Made by a program: the position numbers and the translations under genes | The notes under the pieces: model-generated | The model's input: the letters and a program-made list of their open reading frames with translations, nothing else | Databases searched by the model: none | What the model was told of the DNA's origin: nothing | Assembly: GCA_963823665.1 (NCBI GenBank) | Contig: CAWGMQ010000004.1 | Location: 896,001-960,000 of the forward strand | Length of the DNA: 64,000 nucleotides | Direction of reading: 5' to 3' | From: an uncultured Planctomycetota bacterium | GTDB taxonomy: Bacteria > Planctomycetota > Planctomycetia > Isosphaerales > Isosphaeraceae | In this document: piece after piece, positions 32,088-43,258 of the stretch | Numbering within the stretch: the first letter of the stretch is position 1 | How the letters are laid out: each line of letters starts with the position of its first letter

Positions 32088-33365
32088 TCACCACGCAGGA
32101 CGCGTCGCCAATTTCCCCGCCTTGACCTCGCCCCCCTGAATCACCGCGATAAACCGTGAGCGATCCTCCAGAATCGCGATATCAGCCACCACGTCCCCGT
32201 CGACAACCAGCATGTCCGCCAGCTTCTCCGCCTCGAGCGTGCCAAATTCGTGGGCGCGCCCCATGATCTCCGCCCCAGTCTTGGTCGCGCACGTGATCGT
32301 CTCCAGCGGCGTGAATCCCACATGCTTGACGAAAAACGTCAGCTCCTTCGCATAGTCACCATGTGGGTTCCACGCAAAGCCGTAATCACCCCCCATCCCC
32401 AACCGTCCACCGGCCTTCAAGATCATCCGGGCGCTCTCGGCCCCTCCTTCAAGCGTTTCCTTGTGACCGTCCACGACCACCTGCGGCATGCCGAATCGCG
32501 GCCCGACCTCGATGCTCGCATACTCGAACTGCAAGGCGGGCACGACCGGCGTGTTCCTTTCCAGCAGCAGCTCGAGCGCCTCGCTGTCCATGAAAGTCCC
32601 GTGCTCGAGGCAGTCAAATCCGGCTCGCAGAGCATTCTTGATTCCCTGCGTCGCACGGCAATGCCCCGTCACCTTGCGACGATAATTGTGCGCCTCGGCC
32701 ACCACCGCCGCCATCTCTTCAAAGGTCATGCACAGCGTGTGATGGTCGGCCGTGTCCGGCGCCGCGGCATCTCCGGTGGGATACGTCTTGATCCACTCGA
32801 CCCCGTCCTTCACCAGTTTGCGCACGGCCGCCCGCGCCTGCTCGGGTCCGTTGATCAAGAGGATCAGCCCCTCCATCCCGAGCTTCAAGTGATCCGAGTT
32901 CCAGTCCATGAGCCCGCCGGCTCCGCAAATCTCGCGTCCGTTTGCGGCCAGGCGCGGGCCCGGAATCAGGTCTTCCTCGATCGCCTTCTTCAGCCACACG
33001 TCAATGTTGTGCAGGCTCCCGCCGGATCGCGCGGCCGTGTAGCCGCACTCGAGAGCCAGCCTGGCATTGCAGGCCGCGAGAATCGTCACGTACTCGACAG
33101 GATATTTGATGTCCAGATCGGCCAGCTCCGCGACGTTAAAATACGTGGGATGAAAGTGCGCTTCCACCAGGCCAGGCATGATCGTCCCGCCCCGGGCATC
33201 AATCCGACGGGCATCGACCGGAACCGCCGGCGCACCCTTGGCCGGCCCGGCATAGACGATCCGGCCGTCCTTCGCCATGACCGTCCCATCAGTCAGCGGC
33301 GCCGTCCCGGTACCGTCCACCAGCCGCCCGTTCGCGATGCACAGTGTTCCCTGGGCCGTCTTCAT
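32088..33365 (-). CDS. Metal-dependent amidohydrolase (Xaa-Pro dipeptidase-like subgroup)
   Basis: IMPGLVEAHFH, WIKTY, GHC, LEHGT, GGDYG and KLADMLVVDGD. Confidence 0.9.
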   Translation of the reverse strand: MKTAQGTLCIANGRLVDGTGTAPLTDGTVMAKDGRIVYAGPAKGAPAVPVDARRIDARGGTIMPGLVEAHFHPTYFNVAELADLDIKYPVEYVTILAACNARLALECGYTAARSGGSLHNIDVWLKKAIEEDLIPGPRLAANGREICGAGGLMDWNSDHLKLGMEGLILLINGPEQARAAVRKLVKDGVEWIKTYPTGDAAAPDTADHHTLCMTFEEMAAVVAEAHNYRRKVTGHCRATQGIKNALRAGFDCLEHGTFMDSEALELLLERNTPVVPALQFEYASIEVGPRFGMPQVVVDGHKETLEGGAESARMILKAGGRLGMGGDYGFAWNPHGDYAKELTFFVKHVGFTPLETITCATKTGAEIMGRAHEFGTLEAEKLADMLVVDGDVVADIAILEDRSRFIAVIQGGEVKAGKLATRPAW

Positions 33366-33461
33366 GGCTTAGCTCCATCAATCATATTGACGCCGCGTGG
33401 CGCAAGCCCATACGCTTCACTTACTCGCAAGATAGACGCATCAGCGACCCCCCGCAACCAA

Positions 33462-33483
33462 GTAGCTCGGGCTTTAGCCTGAC
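33462..33483 (+). repeat. GTAG-type REP-like palindrome (second copy at 42401-42421)
   Basis: GTAGCTCGGGCTTTAGCCTGAC versus TAGCTCAGGCTTTCAGCCTCA; both intergenic. Confidence 0.55.
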
Positions 33484-33547
33484 ATTGCTCAGAAGTCCCA
33501 CCTGCAAAACAGATTCCCGCATACTTCAATTACAAAAGGCGTTGTCG

Positions 33548-36500
33548 ATGCAACGTTTCGCCAATCATCTCCCGTCACCAGGCCTCCCGATCATTCTTGC
33601 ATGCCTCGTCCTGCTCGCTCCACCACAACCGCGCCTGCGGGCTGCTGAGCCTCAGAAGCCAATCCCGCCGACGCCCGAGCAAATTGCCGAATCCGCCCGC
33701 CGCCTCTTCGCCCGTGACAACCTGGTCGCCTGGTGCGTCGTTCCATTTGACAGCAAGAAGCGCAGTCCCGCAGACCGCGCGGCCATGCTCGAAGAACTCG
33801 GCTTCAAACATTTCGCCTACGACTGGCGCGCGGAGCACATTCCCAGCTTTGACGCCGAGGTCGAGGCGCTCGAGCGCAAAGATATCTCGCTCGATGCGTT
33901 CTGGGCTCCCGGCGAGCTCAACAACGACACCAGGATCATCCTCGACCTGCTCAAGCGCCACCACCTGAAAGCGCGACTCTGGGTGATGCTCGACCTGGGA
34001 CCAGACCGCGCAACCGGCGCCGAGCAAGAACGGCGGGTCGCCGCCGCCGCGGAAAAACTGCGACCACTCGCCGAAGAGGCCGCAAAGATCGGCTGCGCGC
34101 TCGCACTCTACAACCACGGCGGCTGGTTCGGTGAGCCAGAAAACCAGATCGCGATCATCGAACGATTGCAGACCGAGGATATCAACAACGTTGGCATGGT
34201 CTACAACCTTCACCACGGCCACGACCACCTCGACCGCTTCAAAACCTTGCTTGGAAAGATGCTGCCACATCTGCGCACGATCTGCCTCAACGGAATGGAC
34301 GTGCAAGGCGATCGCCACGGCCGCAAGATCTTGCCTCTGGGGCAGGGTGCCTTGGACCTCGAGCTGCTGCGCATCGATCTGCGCCAGCGGCTATAGCGGG
34401 CCGATCGGCATTCTCGGCCACACGGAGGACGACGCCCGAGAGCGACTGCAAGATAACCTCGACGGTCTCGACTGGCTCGTGCCCCAGCTCCAGGGCAACC
34501 CGCCAGGGCTCCGACCCAAGCCGCGCACGCCGGTTCCACCGCCGCCACCCCCCGCCAAAGAGAAAACCTCTGCCGCGCCAGCCTCAAGCTTCGACCCCTC
34601 ACAGATCGCGGGTCTGCTCGCTGAAGCAAGGTCCTCCGGCGACGGCAGCCGCGGCGCACTTCTTTTCGCATCGCCGAAGCTCGCGTGTCTCTCCTGCCAT
34701 CAGGTAGCAGGGCAGGGGGGCAACGTCGGGCCCGACCTCTCGACCGCCGGCGCTTGCTTGAAACCCGAAGAGATCGTCGAGTCCCTGCTCTGGCCGCGCC
34801 GTCAGGTCAAGGAAGGGTATAGCGCCTTCACCGTCGCCACCGCCGACGGCAAGATCCGTCAGGGATTCAAGCTCGGTGAGACGGGCGATCGCATCGAGTT
34901 TCGCGATCCCACCTCCGGAAGCCACTTCCAGATCAAGAGAGCCGAGATCGACGACCTTCGCGAAGATGGCTCGCTCATGCCCGAAGGGCTGGCCGAATCG
35001 ATGTCAAAGAGCGACCGCCGCGACCTCGTCCGCTTCCTGCTCGAGCTCGGCCGCCCGGAAGGCGAATCTGCCAGTGCGGCCCTGCGGCACTCTCACACCG
35101 TCGTCCAGTTTCCGTTCGATCGGGCACCCCTCGTTCCCGACCAGTGGCCCTCCTGGAAGCTGCCCGTAAACCGTGAACGCATCTACGACTTTTATACAAA
35201 AGAGGCCGATTACTTCCAGAAACAAAAAGAGCCGCTCCCGCTACTGCCGCAATTCCCCGGGCTCGACGGCGGCGTCGCGGGCCACTGGGGCAACCAGAAT
35301 GAAAACACATGGGCCGACGGACGCTGGAATCAGACCGACCTGGGAAGTCTGCTCTGCGGGATTTTCCGGGGCGCCGGCGTCACGGTGCCCAAAGGCGTCT
35401 GCGTGCGGCTTGGCGAAGAAGGCGAGCTCTCGGCCTGCTTCAACCCCGAGACTCTCTGCTACGAGGCGGTCTGGAAAGGCGGCTTCGTCAAGTTCTCGAA
35501 CGTGCGCCACGGCTTGATGGAAGGGCTTATTCTCGACGGCACTCCACTGCCTCGCCCGGAAGGCATGGCCCCTGCGCAGCCGTTCGTCTATCACGGGCTC
35601 TACCGCCACGGCAAGCGAGTCATCTTCTCCTACCGGATCGGAGAAACAGAATATCTTGACGCACCGTGGGTCGAGAACGGCAAGTTCCTCCGCCAGCTCG
35701 CCCCGGCTTCCGGCCATCCGCTCGCCGCATTCATCAAGGGAGGCCAGCCCCAGTGGTCGGCTCAAGTAGCAACCACGCGCGGAACACTTGGTCACGCCGG
35801 CTCCTGGCCCTACGTGATCGACACGATCGAGCCCCCGTTCGACAACCCCTGGAAAGCGCTCCTGTTCTTCAGCGGCCACGATTTTCTGCCCGATGGCTCC
35901 GCCATGCTCTGCACGATCCAGGGCGATGTCTGGCATGTGAGCTGTCTCGACGCTACGCTGGATAACGTGCGCTGGCGCCGCTATGCCAGCGGCCTGCATC
36001 AGGCGCTCGGGCTCGTCGTCGTCGGACGAGAAGTCTACGTCCTGGGCCGCGACCAGATCACCTGCCTGCATGACTCAAACGGCGACGGTGAAGCCGATTT
36101 TTATGAATGCTTCAGCAATGCTTACTCCACTTCCGTCGCGGGTCATGATTTCATCTGCGGCCTCGAGCGCGACGCTTCCGGCCGGTTCTACACGGCCTCG
36201 AGCAAGTTCGGACTGTTGCGAATCGCCGCGGATGGGCGCTCGCTTGAAACCATCGCGACCGGCTTTCGCAACCCCGACGGCCTCGGGCTTGCGCCTGATG
36301 GCACGATCACCGTCCCCAACTCGGAGGGTGAGTGGACCCCGGCCTCGATGATCTGCGAAGTGCGGCCCGGCGGCCACTACGGCTATAACGGCCCAATGAA
36401 CGGCCGCGCACCGGATCTGCCTCTGGTTTACATGCCGCGCGGGCTCGACAATTCAAGCGGCGGTCAGGTGACCGTCCCCGCCCGCGGGTTCGGCCCGCTC

Positions 36501-37579
36501 GCCGGTCAGCTCTTGCATTTCAGTTTTGGCACGGGCTCGCATTTCTTGATCTTGCGCGAGACGGTCAATGGCCAGCCCCAGGGTGCGGCCGTACCCTTGC
36601 CAGGCGAGTTTCTCTCCGGCGTGCACCGCGGCCGCTTTAGCCCCAAGGACGGCCAGCTCTACGTCACCGGAATGACTGGCTGGGGCTCGTACACCCCGGC
36701 CGACGGCTGCGTGCAGCGCGTGCGTTACACCGGCGGCCCCGCCCAGCTTCCAACAGCGTTTCACGCCCATGAAAACGGCATCCTGCTCACCTTCTCTCTT
36801 CCGCTCGACAAAAACATCGCCGAAGGCGCCGCTCACCACTTCGCGCAGGTGTGGAACTACCACTACGCGCCGAGTTACGGCTCACCCGAGCTCTCTACGC
36901 GCCACCCTGGTCAGCCCGGCCACGACGCGCTCGCGATCAAATCGGCCCACGTGCTTTCGGACGGCCGCACGCTCTTCCTCGAAATCCCCGAGCTCCAGCC
37001 CGTCAACCAGCTTCACCTGCATGTGCGCCCGGCTCGACCGCGCCCATCGACGTCTTCGCCACCGTGCACAACTTGTCTCCCGCGTTCACCGGCTTTCCCG
37101 GATATCATCCCGCGTCCAAGACCATCGCCGCCCATCCCATCCTCGCCGACATGGTGGCCCTGGCTCACCCTCCGGCGCCCAATCCCTGGCGCACCAGGAT
37201 CAGGGGTGCTCGCACCGTCACGATCGAGGTGGACAAGAACCTGAGCTACAAGTTGAGATCATTCGAAGCCAGGGCCGGCGAGGCGATTGAGCTCACGCTG
37301 AAGAACCCCGACGCCGTTCCGCACAACTGGGCCCTCGTGAAGCCCGGTACGCTCGCAAAAGTCGGCGACCTGGTGAACAAGATCATCGCCGAGCCCGACG
37401 CCGCGTCCCGGCATTACATCCCGCGCTCGAGCGACGTGCTCGTCTACACCGACATCGTCGGCCCGCAAGAGCAGTTCTCGATTCGCTTCCGCGCCCCCAA
37501 ATCCCCTGGCCGCTATCCCTATCTCTGCACGTTCCCCGGCCACTGGATGGTCATGAACGGCGAGATGATCGTGAAGTGA
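33548..37579 (+). CDS. Large secreted multidomain protein: TIM barrel, heme c (CxxCH), DUF6797-like region, dehydrogenase-like beta-propeller and azurin/plastocyanin domain; frameshifts near 34376 and 37030
   Basis: Signal peptide; YNHGGWFGEP and YNLHHGH; CLSCH...VGPDLS...SLMPEGL; GFRNPDGLG...EGEWTP; HNWALV...CTFPGHWMVM type-1 copper site. The ORFs overlap with no separate starts. Confidence 0.78.
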
Positions 37580-37585
37580 CAAGGT

Positions 37586-39987
37586 TCATTTCAGGTCGAT
37601 CGTCACCTTCGCGATCTTCCCCGGAAACCGGAACGGCACGTCGTAGCTCTGGTCCAGCGGCGTGCCAGTGTCTTCGCCGATATCCAGGCTTTCATCCAGG
37701 CTGACTCGAACCGGAATCGTGTGACCGATCTGGCCCTGCGCGACGGCGGCTCCATCGACCGAGAGCACCGCCGTGCCACCCTTCCCCATCCCCCCGCCGT
37801 CGAAGGTGAAGTCGACCTTCACGCTGTGCTTTCCCGGCGCAAGCGCATCGTTGCCGGCAATCCGATAGTGAGCCACGTCGACAAAGTTGTAATGAAAAAC
37901 CGGCTTCCCCTTCTCGAGATAAAGCCCATATCCACCGAAGAAGCCGCCCTGGGTAATGATCATCCCCGACGCGTTTTCATCCGGCACCTCGACCAGACCG
38001 GTGATCGAAAACGACCGGTTCTTGATGTCAGGGCTCACCCCTTCCGGAATTCGCGTCATGCCCTCGTAGAACGTGAACGACGTTCGCCCGCGCGTCAGGC
38101 TCGGCCGGATCGCCGGGTCCATCCGCCCGGTGCGGCTGTTGTCGATCGGCAGCACATTGTACTTGGCTGCCTCCGCATAAAAACGGAGCTGCATGTCCTT
38201 GAGAACATCCGGGCGCTCGCCGCCAGATCGTCGGCCTGGCTGAAATCCTTGGCGACGTTGTATAGCTCCCACCGGTATCCTGTGATCGGATCCACGTTCG
38301 CGCTGTTGGGATCCCACGGTGCAATCGGCGGCGTCGTGCACGCCGTCCAGCCGTCGTGGTAGATCCCGCGATTGCCGAGCATCTCGAAATACTGCGTCGT
38401 CCGCCGCGGCGGTGCCGCCGGATCGTCGAACGTGTAGACCATGCTCACCCCTTCGATAGGCTTCTGCTCCGCGCCGTTGACCGAAGACGGGGCCCCGATT
38501 CCGGCCGCCTCCAGCAGCGTCGGGGCGATGTCGATTACATGGTGAAACTGGGAACGGAGGCCGCCCTTGTCCTTGATGCGCTTGGGCCACGAGATCACCA
38601 TGCCGTTGCGAGTGCCTCCAAAATGACTGGCGACTTGCTTGGTCCACTGGAACGGCGTGCACATCGCGTGCGCCCAGCCTACCGGGTAGTGATTGTACGT
38701 CTTCCAGGTTCCAAGCTCGTCCGCGCGAGAGAGAACCTGCTTGAGATCCTCGGGCACTCCATTGAAGAAGGTCAGCTCGTTGAGCAGGCCTTGCATGCTC
38801 CCTTCTGCGCTGGCGCCGTTGTCGCCGACGATGTAAACGACCAGCGTGTTCTCAAGCTGCCCCGTCTGTTCGATCGCATCAACCAGCCGGCCCACGTTGT
38901 GATCGGTCTGCTCCAGGTAGCCAGCGTAGATCTCCATCATCCGGGAATAGACCAGCTTTTGTTCGGCCGAGAGCGTATCCCACGCGGGAATTCCGTCGGG
39001 CCGCGCGGTGAGCTTCGCTTCGGCGGGAATCACGCCGATGGCCTTCTGGCGTGCAAACGTTTCTTCGCGCACCTTGTCCCATCCCTGGTCGAACTTCCCC
39101 TTGTACTTCGCGATCCATTCCTTGCGAGGATGGTGCGGCGCATGGGTTGCGCCCGGGGCGTAATACGCCAGGAACGGCCGGTCGGGCGAGATCGACTTCT
39201 GAGCCCGAATCCATTTGATCGCCTGATCCGCGAGATCATAATCGAGGTTGTAATCCGGTTTCCCCATATAGGGCTCGATCGGCTTCGTCCCCTCGTACGC
39301 GTTGGGCCGCCACTGGCTCGTGTCGCCGCCGATGAATCCGTAGAAATGCTCAAACCCTAGCCCGTTCGGCCAGAGGTCAAAAGGCCCGTTCTGGCTGGTG
39401 TGCCAATCCGGAACGTTGTGGTTCTTGCCGAACCAGGACGTGTTATACCCGCTCTGTTTCAAAATCTCGGCCACGGTCGCCGTGTCCTTCCCCATCAGCG
39501 TGTCGTAGCCGGGAAAACCGGTCCCCCCCTCCATGATGCAGCCCGTATGCACCGAGTGGTGGTTGCGCCCGGTCAGCAGCGCGGCGCGCGTGGGCGAGCA
39601 CAGAGCCGTCGTATGGAAGCGGTTGTAGCGCAGCCCGTTCCTGGCCAGCCTTTCGGCGGTTGGGGTGTTGCAGGGCCCGCCGAATGTGCTCGCCGCGCCG
39701 AATCCAACGTCGTCGAGCAAAACGAGCAGGATGTTGGGCGCGCCCGACGGAGCGTGCACTGGAACTGGAAAGTCGGACTTCGAATCCTTGGCCCGCAGGT
39801 CGATGCGCCCCCGGAAGGGCTCCGGCGGCCGCGGCAAGACCGAGCCGCCGCCGTCTTGCCCGGACTGCTCCGCTTCTGCTCGAGCCACCAGAGCGCCAGG
39901 CGACTCGCTTCGCGGTCCCATGAAGCCGATCGCACACGCCAGAGCCACGACCAGCGCCCAGGTCAGCCCGTTTCGACCGCTCATCAT
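37586..39987 (-). CDS. Arylsulfatase (formylglycine type) with C-terminal ConA/LamG-like extension; frameshift near 38219
   Basis: PNILLVLLDDVG, CSPTRAALLTGR, FGKNH, GDNGAS and KQVASHFGGTR. The C-terminus continues in the 37586 ORF. Confidence 0.92.
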
Positions 39988-40233
39988 CTTTCACCCCCTG
40001 AAGAAATCCCAGATCGCGGACCATCTTAGACGGCCTTGCGCTCTGGATCAACACGTTCGTCATTGCGCGCTTTACAACAGATTACGCATTTATATATGAG
40101 AGATAATCAGCTAAAACACACCAAGAGAGCAACCGTCTGGACCTTGTTCCGGCAGCCGGGGAAACACCGTCGTATCGGGTGCCCTCAGGGTGTATGATCT
40201 TTATGGATCACACCACCCCGAGGAGGCTCTCAC

Positions 40234-41268
40234 ATGAACCGCCGTCGCTTTCTCGCCGCTTCGGCGACAACGTCCGCGCTTGCCGCTGCTGCCTCAGCAA
40301 GCGCACGCCCCCCAAAAGACCTCAAAGTCGTCATCCCCCCGACGAAGCCCGACGAGCTCGCAGAGCTGAAGACCGTCGCCCCTTCCGTTCGGCTGGTCGA
40401 GTGCCAGAACGAGCAGGAGGCCGTCGCACAGATCGCTGATGCCGACGCGAGCTACGCGTTCATCTCTCCGGCCATTATCCGCGCCGGCAAATCGCTGCGG
40501 TGGGTTCAACAGCCCAGCGCCGGCGTCGAGCACCTGATGGAGATCCCCGAACTGGTCGAGAGCGACATCATTCTGACCAACATGCAGCGAGCCTACGGTC
40601 CGGAGATTGCCGACCAGGCGATCGGCTACCTGCTCTGCTTCACCCGCAGTCTGACCCACTTCGTGCGCGCCCAATCGAAAGAAGAGTGGCGCTCAAACGG
40701 GCCCGGGGTGGTACTCGATGAGCTGGCGGGCAAGACCCTCCTGGTGATCGCCCTGGGCGGAATCGGCAGCGAGATCGCCAGGCGGGCCGCCGCGTTCGGC
40801 ATGCGCGTCCTGGCCACAGATCCCAAAGTCCTCGAGCGCCCGCCGTTCGTCGAAGATCTCCATCGGCCCGATGCGTTCTCGTCTTTATTGCCCCGGGCCG
40901 ACGTCGTGGCCAGCGCCGTCCCTTTGACCAGGGAAACGCGAAGGATGATTGGCGCCCCGCAGTTCGCCATGATGAAACCGGGCGTCATTCTGATCAATGT
41001 TTCTCGAGGCGGCGTGATTGACACTGACGCGTTGGTCCAGGCGCTCGACAGCAAGCGAGTCGCCGCCGCCGGGCTTGACGTGACCGACCCCGAGCCGCTC
41101 CCCAAGGGCCACCCGCTCTGGTCGCGCAACGTGATCATCACCCCCCACAGCGCCGGCCAGTCACCCGGCGGGGACCGACGAAGGCACGAATATTTCCGCG
41201 AAAACCTCAGGCGCTTTGCTGCCGGTGAAATGCTGCTTAACATCGTCGACAAGAAAGCCGGATACTGA
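40234..41268 (+). CDS. D-2-hydroxyacid dehydrogenase with Tat-like signal
   Basis: MNRRRFLAAS; IALGGIG, INVSRGG, GLDVTDPEPLP and ITPHSAG; GAGGAGG RBS. Confidence 0.93.
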   Translation: MNRRRFLAASATTSALAAAASASARPPKDLKVVIPPTKPDELAELKTVAPSVRLVECQNEQEAVAQIADADASYAFISPAIIRAGKSLRWVQQPSAGVEHLMEIPELVESDIILTNMQRAYGPEIADQAIGYLLCFTRSLTHFVRAQSKEEWRSNGPGVVLDELAGKTLLVIALGGIGSEIARRAAAFGMRVLATDPKVLERPPFVEDLHRPDAFSSLLPRADVVASAVPLTRETRRMIGAPQFAMMKPGVILINVSRGGVIDTDALVQALDSKRVAAAGLDVTDPEPLPKGHPLWSRNVIITPHSAGQSPGGDRRRHEYFRENLRRFAAGEMLLNIVDKKAGY

Positions 41269-41355
41269 ATTCCTTCGTGGAGCGGGTTGACATCGCTCTT
41301 ACGCGCGTAGTAGCCTCGTGTGCAATACATGTCCCTTCGTGATACGAGGTGCCAG

Positions 41356-42392
41356 ATGACGCGTGCAGCTCATAAAAACACTGTGAGAGGATTCGTTCTC
41401 GCTACCACCATGACGTTCGCCTGGGCCGGCTGCGCATGCGCGGCCGACACGGTCGTCGTCTACTCAGCTCTCGATCGAGAGTTCTCTGAGCCGCTCCTGA
41501 ACGCGTACGAAAAATCGAGTGGCGCACGGGTGCTTTCCAAGTTTGACGTCGAGAGCACCAAGACCGTTGGCCTGACGAACCTGATCATCGCCGAGGCCGC
41601 CCGCCCGCGCTGTGACCTCTTCTGGAACAATGAGATCTTGAACACGCTTCGGCTCAAGGAAAAAGGCTTGCTCGCCCCGTTTCATCCCAGCCGGGCCGAT
41701 GACATCCCCGCGACCTTCAAGGACAAGGACGGCTTGTGGTACGGCTTCGCCGCCCTGCGCGGATCATCATCGTCAATACCACGCTCGTCCCGCAGGCCGA
41801 TCGCCCCAAGGGCATCCGCGATCTTCTCAACCCGAAGTGGAAGGGAAAAATCGGAATCGCCAAGCCGCTCTTCGGCACCACGGCAACCCACGCAGCCTGC
41901 CTCTTCGCTGCCTGGGGCGATCAGAAGGCCAAGGCGTATTTTCATGACCTGAAAGCCAACGGCGTGCAAGTCTTCTCGGGCAACAAGCAGGTCGCCACCG
42001 CCGTCGGCTCCGGCCAGATTGCCTTCGGCATGACCGACACCGACGACGCGATGGGCGAGATCGAAGCCGGCAGCCCCGTGGCGATCGTCTACCCGGACCG
42101 CGGCGAAGGCGAGATCGGCACATTGTTCATCCCCAACACGCTCGCGATCATGAAGGGATCGCCTCACAAAAAGGCCGCGGAGGCGCTCGCCGATCACCTC
42201 TTGTCCCCCACCGTCGAGTCAGCACTCGCACGCGGGCCAAGCGCCCAGATCCCGCTGCTCAAGAGCACGCAAGCTCAGGCGCGGGTCGAGACTCCCAGGA
42301 CTGTCCACGCGATGGAAGCCGACTTCCCCGCCGCGGCGAAGATCTGGGACAAGGTCGCCGCGTTTCTGACCTCCGAGTTCGCGACGGAGTGA
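41356..42392 (+). CDS. Fe(III) ABC transporter substrate-binding protein (FutA/FbpA-like); frameshift near 41755
   Basis: VVVYSALDREF...DVESTKTVGL...CDLFWNNE, WYGFAA/RARIIIVNT, AKPLFGTTATH and TDTDD. Confidence 0.82.
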
Positions 42393-42500
42393 ACATTCGC
42401 TAGCTCAGGCTTTCAGCCTCACGTCCATTTATAATACATTGCCTGCGAAGCGGATCGTTCCGCTAATACCACGCAGAAGCACGCTCAGGGAGAGCATAAT

Positions 42501-43148
42501 ATGAACACGCGGCAACTCCGGTCGGCGATTGTGATTCCCGTTCTCTGCTCGAGCGCCATCTCATTGGGCGCGGCTACACTGCGAGACGGCGGCAAGCGAT
42601 CGTGGTACTTTGAGTCCGACTCGCCCGGCGCAATCGCGAGCGGGTTCACGAACGTCGTCGGCGATTGGGAGGTTGCCAAGGAGGGAGAGAACCGCGTTCT
42701 TCACCAGAAAGCCAAGAGTGAGGATTCCACGTTCAACGTCGCGCTCGTAGAAAGCACGAGCTACAAGGACGTCGACCTGAGCGTGAAGCTCAGGGCCGTT
42801 GCCGGCGAAAACGACCGCGGCGGCGGCGTGATCTGGCGGGTTAAGGACAAGAAGAACTACTACGTCTGTCGTTATAACCCACTCGAAGACAACTTCCGCG
42901 TCTACAAGGTCGCCGACGGAATCCGCACCATGTTCAAGGGGGCCAAGGCGCCCGGCGACGAGAAATGGCACTTCCTCCGCGTGACCATGGTCGGATCCAA
43001 GATCACCTGCTTCCTGGACGGTCAGAAGCTGCTCGAGGCCGAGGATGCAACGTTTGCCGAGGCGGGCATGATCGGCCTCTGGACCAAGGCCGATGCACAA
43101 TCGTATTTTGACGATTTGACGGTGACTGACAGCGTCCAGCAACCGTAG
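42501..43148 (+). CDS. Secreted ConA-fold protein (DUF1080/GH16-like)
   Basis: Signal peptide; DRGGGVIWR...NYYVCRYNPLEDN...GMIGLWTKADA.SYFDDL. Confidence 0.78.
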   Translation: MNTRQLRSAIVIPVLCSSAISLGAATLRDGGKRSWYFESDSPGAIASGFTNVVGDWEVAKEGENRVLHQKAKSEDSTFNVALVESTSYKDVDLSVKLRAVAGENDRGGGVIWRVKDKKNYYVCRYNPLEDNFRVYKVADGIRTMFKGAKAPGDEKWHFLRVTMVGSKITCFLDGQKLLEAEDATFAEAGMIGLWTKADAQSYFDDLTVTDSVQQP

Positions 43149-43174
43149 TCGCGCCCACGCCTCGCGGTCACCCT

Positions 43175-43226
43175 TGTTCGGTGCGGGTCTCCAGACCCCG
43201 CCGTCCCCACGACCGAAGGTCTCCCG
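43175..43226. repeat. Intergenic palindromic repeat between convergent genes (related partial copy at 18644-18666)
   Basis: GGGTCT-CC-AGACCC hairpin followed by TCCCCACGACCGAAGGTCTCCCG, 22/23 identical to TCCCCACGACCGCAGGTCTCCCG at 18644. Confidence 0.7.
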
Positions 43227-43258
43227 CGGCCACAGGCGCCGCCCGTGCAGCGCGCCAT

